Source: Rhodosorus marinus CCMP1338
Lineage: Eukaryota; Plantae; Rhodophyta
NCBI GenBank assembly: GCA_029953675.1
Contig: JAMWBK010000005.1
Coordinates: 1,178,001-1,242,000 of the forward strand
Reading direction: 5' to 3'
Length of the DNA stretch: 64,000 nt
Below are positions 25,112 through 35,434 of the stretch, in pieces. The translations under genes and the position numbers were made by a program. Every line of letters begins with the position of its first letter. Within the stretch, counting starts at the first letter, position 1. Under the pieces are notes generated by a model, which was not told the DNA's origin, searched no databases, and worked only from the letters and a program-made list of their open reading frames with translations.

Positions 25112-25738
25112 TAAGAACTGAGCTATCACGGCAGACGTTATCGAGCTCGGGATAACTATTTGATGGGACCCCCGGGAGTCGCGGAAATTCAGTCTCATTG
25201 CCTTCGTAGTTTGTGAGTTGAAGCTTTCGGCCGCAGGTGAGTGAGCCGGATGCGACTCTTTCCCGCTTTCTCAGCGGAGTGCCAGGATTTAGGCTTGGAG
25301 TAACACGGGTTTGCGGGTGGTGGTGTAAAATGGCGAATGGTTACTTAGGAGGAGGGTATCAGCATCCGCTTTGAGATTGCTGGCTGGCGCGAGGAATACT
25401 GCAGGAGAGTAATAATGGACTCATACATAGACTCATTGCTGGAAAGGGCTCTCCGATATCTGTCCTTGCTGTCCAGGTTTCCCCGGAGATGAACGTTTCG
25501 CTTTTGCACAGTATTTGGCTACGTACTGACTAGACGAAGCAGGACATTGAATGCGGGTTCTACTTCGCTTCAAGGCTCTACTGAATGGGCGCTGAAACGG
25601 GTCATGCACTGACCGTTTCGATCGTAGTTCTCTCGGAAATCTAGGCTTCGCCGGGCCAACCAGCGAGCAGTGTCGGGTGACGGCTTGTTGGTGGTCAAAG
25701 AGGCCCCATCAATCCGAGAAGGAACCTAGGATACATGG

Positions 25739-25937
25739 ATGCCCCTCATGGAATGCTTTGGCTTGATTGATAGTGTAGGTTCTCGCTGGCTGCGAGGAAA
25801 CGACCCAGGGCGTCTAGATAGTCTGCTCACGGAGCTTTCTTTGGCCCTGTGGTGCTCAAATGCTGCTTTGTTTGTAGACGCGAGTCATCAGCATCTTGTC
25901 ACACTCGCTTCTCAGGGTAGTTAGGCTCTGAATAAAC
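25739..25937 (+). mobile_element. CRE-type element 3' fragment
   Basis: PLMECFGLIDSVGSRWLR..DPGRLDSLLTELSLALWCSNAALFVDA, then ttaggctctgAATAAAc. Confidence 0.9.
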
Positions 25938-25939
25938 CT

Positions 25940-27708
25940 GACAGATGCCTCTAGATACATGCTCGGAAATGCAGCGAGAGCCCTGGTAGGTGTGGGTCAT
26001 ACGAGCTTTTAAAGGAAGACTTCGATGCGCCACCTGAGTGTTCATCCAGCTCATTCTGTGACTAATGGGTGTAGAATTCGTGATCAGGTTGTTAAGCAAA
26101 TATCTGGTCTATATCCTGGCCACTTTCGTGGTTCTGGTGCAGTCAGTCCATTTCATCATCAATCTATTTCGGGTTCGCAAAATTGACACGGCCCACCCTG
26201 ATCCTAGGCTAGCCGGTCTACGAAAACTCTGGAGAACGTGCACTACGAGAAATTTGCTTAAATCCCGACCTCCACAATAGATTCGCCATCCTGTTGGCAT
26301 ATTCTGGGTGGTCTCCACTAGCCGGGCAAAAGTAAAATGTGTTGACAGTCCGCGTGGGAAGCTACAACCCGCCGAGATGAGCTGGGAAGGATGTGGAAAG
26401 GGGCTCCTAAGCCAGAAACGTGGTGCAGCGACTCTTCAAGGGACCAAGAGAAGTCGTGAACGGTTCGAAGGGAACAAAAAGAGTTGCGAACCGTCCACGA
26501 AGTCAAGAAAAGAGCCTCGAACGGCTGAACAGGTCAGGAAGGGGCCAAAGCAGTGACTACTGCTTTGGAGTCACAAGGCGTATTTTCCACATTATTACCT
26601 CTTGAATGTGCTTCCGTAGCTACTACGTGTGGGGTTACGACCCCACACGTAGTAGCAGACAGCTATAAAAGCTTGAAGTTAAGGTGGACCTACTCTCCGA
26701 GTGGTAGCGCGCAACACAAAAATTGATTTCTTATGTGCTGACGTTCTTAGTGACTGACTGTCTTAGTTCCGAGGGGTGACCGACTACCACTATATGTCAT
26801 CATCATCGTCAACTATGTTCTGTGGGGAGGAATGTAGTCCAGTGAATTTGATATGGGGGCGTTGGTAGAACCACTGAGAGAATTATCCCGAGGGTCCCGG
26901 GATGAATTCTGGTGAAGGAATGTTATCGAGTGCCGGCGGCGAATAAGGCGTTCCGGCCCCGGAGTTGGCGCGGACAGCGGTGAGCAGCAGTCCGGGGAAA
27001 AGCTGCTAATGCGGTCTCCCGCAACCTTTCCGCTTATACTCAAGGGTCTCCTACCGCTCTTGCCAGGTGAAATTCTCGGACGCCTCCCGCTGGCGCTCAA
27101 CGTGCGCTTGATTGAAGAGCTGTGCTTTCAGAAGAGTCCACAACGTGGCTGCATCCGCATCTAGGTTGGCTAGTGCAATATTGTTGAAAATTGCAGTGCA
27201 CCTGCCCTTGGAGCCCGCCGACGCCGAAATCAGCTTCCGCTGGTCGCCTGTGCGGACCAAATAGTCCCGACCAGGTGCTCCCAGACCGACCACCGCGAAC
27301 AACTTGTCCCCCGGACCGCTCACCGCTGTCTGCGCCAACTCTAGCCGGGAGACCTTATTCACCGCTGGTAACGATAACATCCTTTCATCAGAATTCATCC
27401 CGGGACCTTGGGACAGCAATATTACAGCAGCCAACCTAGATGCGGATGCATCCACGTTGTGGACTCTTCTGAAAGCACAACCCTTCAATCACGTGCATGT
27501 TGAGCGCCAGCGCAAAGCGTTGAGAATTGTACCTGGGAAGAGCGGAAGGAGACCTTTGAGATTTCGCGCAGAAAGGTTCTGGGAGATCGCATTAACAACA
27601 TATCCCCCGGACCGCTCACCGGTGTCCGCGCAACCCAGGCCTTGTTGCCGCCGGTAACGATAGCATCCTTTCACCAGAATTCATCTCGGGACCTGGGATG
27701 AATTCTGG
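25940..27708 (-). mobile_element. Decayed Ty3/Gypsy-like pol relic containing a fold-back inverted duplication (arms about 26892-27188 and 27414-27693)
   Basis: The inverted arms are seen directly. LWTLLKAQ..FTWQERKETFEI resembles an RT-RNaseH linker, and a weak integrase-like frame lies at about 25940-26320. The Gypsy assignment is tentative. Confidence 0.45.
26619..26656. other. Perfect 17 bp stem-loop (loop TACG) followed by TATAAAA at 26664
   Basis: GCTACTACGTGTGGGGT-TACG-ACCCCACACGTAGTAGC. Confidence 0.95.
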
Positions 27709-27776
27709 GGATAATGTGTGGTGTTGTGTCACCAGAGTACTCCAGACGATCTCGACCTGGGGCGCAAGACGAAGAC

Positions 27777-30700
27777 GATGATCCGTTTATTCAGAGGCTA
27801 ACTACCCTGAGAAGCGAGAGACAAGACGCTGATGACGCGCGTCCACAAACAAAGCAGAATTGAAGCGCCACAGGGTCAAAGAAAGCTCCGTGAGCAGACT
27901 ATCTAAACGCCCTGGGTCGTTGCGAAACAGAGCTCGCAGCCAGCGAGAACCTACACTATCTATCAAGCCAAAGCACTCAATAATGAGGGGACGAACCGGT
28001 ATCTCACCGCCGAATCGCGAAAGGTAGGGTTTGACATCGCTGCCGCGTACTGCGAATCTTTCACTTGCCGCATGGACCGAGCTGCAGCTCCTCGACCCAG
28101 AGCCGGCGCAGGCAGGTACCTGGTCGCCTGAGGACAAGGGATGGAGAGGTCAATGTACTCACTGCGACGCGCATTAAGGTCAGTCACAACGAGATCCGCC
28201 ACGCGCTGCACCGCTGGGGCGTCACTCTCATCAGCAATTTCCGATGCCACCGCCAGAGGGACCTCATACTGCACTTCTCGGTCCGTACCGAGCGATTGAG
28301 AACGAAGGTAGCGGAAAAGCAAGCGGTTGAGCCGCGTATGGCGTCTGGTCCGGGCCCCTTGAACCTCCGCACAAGACGCCAACAGATGCGCACCATAATC
28401 ACCCCACGGCACATTGGCCCCGCACAATGCGCATCTAGAATCCCGCTCAACAGGCCAAGGGGGTTGCAGCAAGCCCAGGTAAAGTAGTAAGCCTACCCGA
28501 GGTTCGAGATCGGTAAGCGCCAACCGCGGATACGCAGGTATGACCGTGAAGAAACGGGAGCTGAGACTCCCCCCCAAACCGCGCAGGCGAGCCAAAGTCG
28601 ACGCCGAGCACGAAGGTAAACTCAGAAGGGCGGCATACGAGTCCCGATGTATGTCCCACGAAAGGGTTTTTTGGATTACATCGGTCCTCGAAGGGGCCGG
28701 ACCCGACCGGGAAACGCGAGGGCGTCGAGACAGTCAGAGGAGGCTCTGACTGTCTCGACGGCACTGCCACGGCGTCAATATCCTCGGCAGTTTCTACTTT
28801 CCAACACACGGTGCTGCAGCACAGACTCCCGAACGCTGGCCACCGAGGGAGTCAAGAACTGCCGCCCAGGAATCGCAACGAGCCTGGGTACCACCCGGCA
28901 GGGCTGTACATTGTTGAAAAGCGGCCTTCAGTTCCGCAAAAACCCTCCCGAGCCGTGGGGCGAGAGTCCCGTCCAGCCGCCCAACCCGAAGTGCACTAAA
29001 CAAACCACTCACATGCGGATCAAACTCCGTAGACCATGTAGTAAGCGCATTGGCCCACGAACTCACCACAGCCGCCGGCTGGATCGCCGCGTAAGATCCC
29101 ACAGCCAGCCCGCCCAACCGCACGGGCAACGCGATCTGCCGGTGAAGCGTCCTTCATGCAGAAAAGGACGTCTCCTTTTCTGCATGCCCCAAAACAGATA
29201 GCTCAGCATCCATCAGCGTGCCTAGCACGTCCCTCGCTCGTCGGTCTGCGCGGAGCGCCAGCCAAGACCCCCACTCGGAGGGTAGCTGCGGCAAAAAATA
29301 GGTCAGCCTCTGGCACGCGCTGAACCGGAAGATGAGCAGAGCGGTCTGGAGGTACCCTTCTGGGAGACTGCACAGCTCAGTCAGGAGCTCATCATGATGA
29401 CTCAGGAGCGCGGAGAGGCTGCGTTCAACAAATATCGGGGTGCCTACGGGGACACCGAACAGAAGGAAGCCCTCAGCTCGCCAAATATCTCGGAACCTGG
29501 ATGGAACCGCGTCCGCGGTGCAGTGAGACCCCCCAGAAGTCACACTTGGCATGGTTGAATACGCAGCCCCAGCAAGGAAGCCACCTCGCCGAGAAAATCG
29601 TAGGCCGGCACCAGATCGTCGGGAGTGCCAAGAATCGTCACATCGTCATGGAAGGCGACCGCACGGACCCGCGGGACAGTTCTGATGTTTCAGCCGCAAC
29701 AGCACCAGTTGCAATCCATAGGCGTGCAGGAACGGCCCTAAGGGATCGCCCTGCTGGGTGTGTAGCAGGGCGATCCCTTAGGGCCCCGTATGAGCCGCAA
29801 AGGTGTGGCTCTCGGCACCCAAGGTGACAAATCGGGGGGCCCGTTCGGCGCTTCACCATATACGCGGCGTAAGAACGGGAAGCCAGAGGGGAAAAGCTGA
29901 CGAACCACCTCAAGCGCGTGTGCTCGAGACACACTGTTAAACGCGTTGGCGAAATCCACAGAAAGCGTGCCCAATGGCTCATCGCGGAGACCGTCCAGCT
30001 GCAGGATACGCGTCACCAGTTCACAGCCACCTGAATAGCCGACACCGACCTGGGTCAACCCAAAAAAAACCCTGGCCTCCCTAGTGAGCTGACGCGATAG
30101 AAAGCGGCTCGCCAGCTTCCGCAATGCTTCGCACATCCCGATTTGCCGAAGGGAAGGTGTCTGGTCTGAATGTCCACGCTTGGGCAAGAGGACCAGTTGG
30201 GAGCGCGACAATAGTGCCCAGGCCTCTGCGCAAAAATCGTCCCCATTGACAAGACCCTCCGTACCCGCGCAAGGGCGTCCCCAGCCCTTCTTCACCGAAC
30301 CAGTGAAAAAGTTCGACCCGGAGTCCTGAGGGACCAGATGCACGACCTTTCGGGGCGGACCGGAGCAGAGCCAGAACCTCATCCGGCCGGACAAGCAACC
30401 GACCCCAACCGCGTGAGGAATCGACAAAAGGATCTAAGACACACTGGAACTCAGAGTTCCAACTCACGTCGCGCGCAGGGAACAACGCGGCGACTGGATC
30501 AGCCAGGTCAGTCCGATAGCCCCGGCTCGACTGAAGCGCCTTGCTGGAGGATGGCCGCCCCACGCCGAATATCCCCCTGTGCCACTGCTGCCTTTGCCCG
30601 TACCTGCCTACGGGAACGAGAAGAAGGTGAAGTCCCGCACGAAGAGGAAGAACAGACACTAGCGAGGTTTAAAGATTCTAAGAAAGCAAAGTCCCCCCCA

Positions 30701-30850
30701 GAAAAGACTGAACTTTGCGTCTAATTGGACATGCATCGCGCCCCTGGGAGACCTTGAGCACTAGCCGAGGGAAAACAAACAAAAGCTTCCGAGCAAGTGC
30801 TGCTTGAGGATGGTCGGCCCACCTCCATAAGCAGGAAATCCAAAAGAAAA
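27777..30850 (-). mobile_element. Longest CRE-type family A copy (5'-truncated, frameshifted)
   Basis: APKGRASGPSG, LVLLPK..LRQIGMCEALRKL, SVDFANAFNSVSR, QQGDPLGP, AFHDD, CQRLTYFL, CALC..H..C..RRHTRLN, RVADLVV..YIDLSIPCP..KDSQY..FVPLIIECFG. 3' end AATAAACGGATCATC. Confidence 0.95.
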
Positions 30851-30854
30851 GAAA

Positions 30855-31572
30855 CCGAGCTTCGTGTAAGCTTACGACTTTACCTGGGCTTGCCGCAACC
30901 CCCTTGGCCTGTTGAGCGGGATTCTAGATGCGCAATGTGCCGTGGGGTGATTATGGTGCGCATCTGTTGGCGTCTTGTACGGAGGTTCAAGGGGCCCGGA
31001 CCAGACGCCATACGCGGCTCAACCGCTTGCTTTTCCGCTACCTTCGTTCTCAATCGCTCGGTACAGACCGAGAAGTGGAGTATGAGGTCCCTCTGGCGGT
31101 GGCATCGGAAATTGTTGATGAGAGTGACGCCCCAGCGGTACAGCGGGTGGCGGATCTAGTTGTGACTGACCTCAATGCGCGTCGCAGTGAGTACATTGAC
31201 CTCTCCATCCCTTGTCCTCAGGCGACCAGGTACCTGCCTGCGTCGGCTCTGGGTCGAGGAGCTGCAGCTCGGTCCATGCGGCAAGTGAAAGATTCGCAGT
31301 ACGCGGCAGCGATGTCAAACCCTACCTTTCGCGATTCGGCGGTGAGATACCGGTTCGTCCCCCTCATTATTGAGTTTTGCCTTGATAGATAGTGTAGGTT
31401 CTCGCTGGCTGCGAGCTCTGTTTCGCAACGACCCAGGGCGTTTAGATAGTCTGCTCACGGAGCTTTCTTTGACCCTATGGCGCTCCAATTCTGCTTTGTT
31501 TGTGGACGCGCGTCATCAGCGTCTTGTCTCTCGCTTCTCAGGGTAGTTAGTCTCTTAATAAACGGATCATCA
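30855..31572 (+). mobile_element. CRE-type family A 3' fragment, head-to-head with the preceding copy
   Basis: Near-identical CCHC/RLE sequence. Ends taataaacggatcatca. Confidence 0.95.
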
Positions 31573-31574
31573 AT

Positions 31575-33184
31575 GCGGGCCCCGGAGCGCGAGGAGCGCT
31601 GGGGTCGCACGTTGGTCATTAAGACCCAACGCAGAGGAGAGAGTGTGTGCTGAACAGAGTCAGCAGCAGGCTCAGGCGAGACCAGGTTCAGTGCGTGTCA
31701 ACAATACTTCAGGCGTTGGCCTGAAGTATTTTCTGCCGCAGCTCCCTTCGACGTGTGGGGCTTGAGTAGTCCTTCGCGCTGATCAGCGTGCGAGGGACGT
31801 TTTGAGCACACGGGTGGGCGCAGACCTCTCTACTCTAGGGTAGAACGAACAGACTGTCCTTCACCTGCCAGTTGGCCTTGCCTGTGCACATGGGCGGACT
31901 AGCCGTGGGGACTTATTTAATAATCCAACCGGCGGCCGTGGTGAGCTCTTGGGCAAATGCTTTAACTGCTTGGTCTAAGGAGAGCAATCCCGCCGTGCGT
32001 GGTTTGTCACGAGGCCTCCGCGAGGGGCATGTGGACGTGACTCTCAGCTCCAGGCTGGGAGGCGTTTTTGACGAGCTGGAGGGTGCGTTTCAGAAATGTA
32101 ATGGCCTGCCAAGCAGTACAGAACCAACCCCCCCCCCCTCCCCGCTAAGGGTCGTGGCGGTCAGTTCTTGACTCTTTCGGCGGATCTCGTTCGGGAAGCT
32201 CTGCGGCCGAACCGGGTCTTGACAGTGGAGCCCGGATGGGGGCTGGCGTTTGCGCTGGAGACGATGCTGACATGGATGGTGTCGATGCTGAAACGGACGC
32301 TGTTGCCGTGCCGTCGAGGCCGCCTGAGGAGTCTGTTACCCGGCCGGGCCCGGCCCCTTCGAGAACTCATGTAGTATAAAAAACCCTTTCCTGGGACATA
32401 CATCGCGACTCGTACGCCACCCTTCTCGGTTCAGCTTCCTCTCCGCCTTCGACCTTGGCTCGCCTTCGTGCTTTGGGGGGTAGCCTCAGCTCTCGCTTCT
32501 TTACGGTCATTCCTGCCTACCCGCGGCTAGTGATGACAGACTTCGAGATGCGCACCAGCTTACGTTTGTACCTTGGCTTGCCCCAACCGCCATGGCCCGC
32601 GGCTGGGGCCTCGAGTTGTAACCTGTGCGGTAGTCACGTGCCGTGCGGTGAATTCGGTAGACACCTCTTGGCGTCCTGTCCGCAGGTAACCTCCGGACTC
32701 GTCGCCATACGCGGCTCAACCGGTTGCTGTCTCGCTATCTTCGTTCCCAGATGCTGGGCACGGACCGGGAGGTGGAGTATGAGGTCCCTATGCCCGTGGC
32801 CACGGCAATTACTGATACGGCTGACGCACCAGGGGTGCAGCGGGTGGCGGATCTAGTGGTGACTGATCTCAGCGCCCGTCGGAGTGAGTACGTTGACCTT
32901 TCTATTCCTTGTCCTCAGGCGACCAGATACCTACCCGCATCTGCACGCTGCCGTGGCGTTGCGGCTCGGTCAATGCGGCAACTGAAGGAGCCCCAGTACG
33001 CTGCAGCTATGTTGGACTCTACGCTCCGCGATTCGGCCTTGTCCTATCGGTTTGTTCCACTCATCATCGAGTGCTTTGGTTTAGTTGATTGTGTCGGCTC
33101 TCGCTCGCTTTGTGGGCTCTTTCGTAACAGCCCAAGTCGTCTTATGTCGTTCCAACGCGGCTTTATTGTTCGACGCGCGCCATC
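31575..33184 (+). mobile_element. CRE-type family B (diverged paralog) fragment, interrupted just before its 3' end; remainder at 35378-35432
   Basis: Same domain order with diverged protein (CNLC..H..C, RVADLVV, YVDLSIPCP). It breaks at cgcgcgccatc and resumes as agcgtcttgtttctcgc at 35378. Confidence 0.85.
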
Positions 33185-35377
33185 GATGATCCGTTGATTC
33201 AGAGGCTAACTACCCTGAGAAGCGAGAGACAAGACGCTGATGACGCGCGTTCACAAACAAAGCAGAATTGGAGCGCCACAGTGTCAAAGAAAGCTCCGTG
33301 AGCAGACTATCTAAACGCCCTGGGTCGTTGCGAAACAGAGCTCGCAGCCAGCGAGAACCTACACTATCTATCAAGCCAAACCACTCAATAATGAGGGGGA
33401 CGAACCGGTATCTCACCGCCGAATCGCGAAAGGTAGGGTTTGACATCGCTGCCGCGTACTGCGAATCTTTCACTTGCCGCATGGACCGAGCTGCAGCTCC
33501 TCGACCCAGAGCCGACGCAGGCAGGTACCTGGTCGCCTGAGGACAAGGGATGGAGAGGTCAATGTACTCACTGCGACGCGCATTGAGGTCAGTCACAACG
33601 AGATCCGCCACCCGCTGTACCGCTGGGGCGTCACTCTCATCAACAATTTCCGATGCCACCGCCAGAGGGACCTCATACTCCACTTCTCGGTCTGTACCGA
33701 GCGATTGAGAACGAAGGTAGCGGAAAAGCAAGCGGTTGAGCCGCGTATGGCGTCTGGTCCGGGCCCCTTGAACCTCCGCACAAGACGCCAACAGATGCGC
33801 ACATTAACCACCCCACGGCACATTGGCCCCGCACAATGCGCATCTAGAATCCCGCTCAACAGGCCAAGGGGGTTGCGGCAAGCCCAGGTAAAGTCGTAAG
33901 CTTACACGAAGTTCGAGATCAGTAAGCGCCAACCGCGGATACGCAGGTATAACCGTGAAGAAACGGGAGCTGAGACTCCCACCCAAACCGCGCAGGCGAG
34001 CCAAAGTCGACGCCGAGTATGAAGGCAAACTCAGAAGGGTGGCATACGAGTCCCGATGTATGTCCCACGAAAGGGTTTTTTGAATTACAGCGCTCCTCGA
34101 AGGGGCCGGACCCGACCGGGAAACGCCCTGCTCTGGCGGTTTCGACGGCATAGCCACAGCGTCATATCCTCGGCAGTTTCTACACCATTTCCAACACACG
34201 GTGCTGCAGCACAGACTCCCGAACGCTGGCCACCGAGGGAGTCAAGAATTGCCGCCCAGGAATCGCAACGAGCCTGGGTACCACCCGGCAGGGCGGTACA
34301 TTGTTGAAAAGCGGCCTCCAGTTCCGCAAAAACCCTCCCGAGCCGTGGGGCGAGAGTCCCGTCCAGCCGCCCAACCCGAAGTCCACTCAACAAACCACTC
34401 ACATGCGGATCACACTCCGTAGACCATGCAATAAGCGCATTGGCCCACGAACTCACCACGGCCGCCGGCTGGATCGCCGCGTAAGATCCCACAGCCAGCC
34501 CGCCCAGCCGCACGGGCAACGCGATCTGCCGGTAAAGGACGTCCTTTTCTGCAGCCCCAAAACAGATAGCTCAGCATCCATCAGCGTGCCTAGCACGTCC
34601 CTCGCTCGTCGGTCTGCGCAGAGCGCCAGCCAAGACCCCCACTCGGAGGGTAGCTGCGGCAAAAAATAGGTCAGCCTCTGGCACGCGCTGAACCGGAAGA
34701 TGAGCAGAGCGGTCTGGAGGTACCCTTCTGGGAGACTGCACAGCTCAGTCAGGAGCTCATCATGATGACTCAGGAGCGCGGAGAGGCTGCGTTCAACAAA
34801 TATCGGGGTGCCTACGGGGACACCGAACAGAAGGAAGCCCTCAGCTCGCCAAATATCTCGGAACCTGGATGGAACCGCGTCCGCGGTGCAGTGAGACCCC
34901 CCCCAGAAGTCACACTTGGCGTGGTTGATACGCAGCCCCAGCAAGGAAGCCACCTCGCCGAGAAAATCGTAGGCCGGCACCAGATCGTCGGGAGTGCCAA
35001 GAATCGTCACATCGTCATGGAAGGCGACCGCACGGACCCGCGGGAACTGATGTTTCAGCCGCAACAGCACCAGTTGCAATCCACAGGCGTGCAGGAACGG
35101 CCCTAAGGGATCGCCCTGCTGGGTGTGCAGCAGGGCGATCCCTTAGGGGCCTGAATGAGCCGCAAAGGTGTGGCTCTCGACACCCAAGGTGACAAATCGG
35201 GGCCCGTTTGGCGCTTCACCATATACGCGGCGTCGGAACGGAAAGCCAGAGGGGAACAGCTGACGAACTACCTCAAGCGCGTGTGCTCGAGACACACTGT
35301 TAAACGCGTTGGCGAAATCCACAGAAAGCGTGCCCAATGGCTCATCGCGGAGACCGTCCAGCTGCAGGATACGCGTC
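33185..35377 (-). mobile_element. CRE-type family A copy inserted antisense into the family B 3' end
   Basis: Colinear with about 27777-30015. Tail gatgatcc at 33185. 5'-truncated inside the RT. Confidence 0.95.
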
Positions 35378-35434
35378 AGCGTCTTGTTTCTCGCTTTTCA
35401 GGGTAGTTAGGCTCTGATGAACTGATGATGATAC

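Noticed and set aside
33185-35432. Hypothesis that every insertion is double-ended, with 3' tails at both termini
   Set aside because: This case is explained by simple nesting into a family B 3' end, and the 36745 case has a TSD. Only the 30850 and 37998 junctions remain unexplained.
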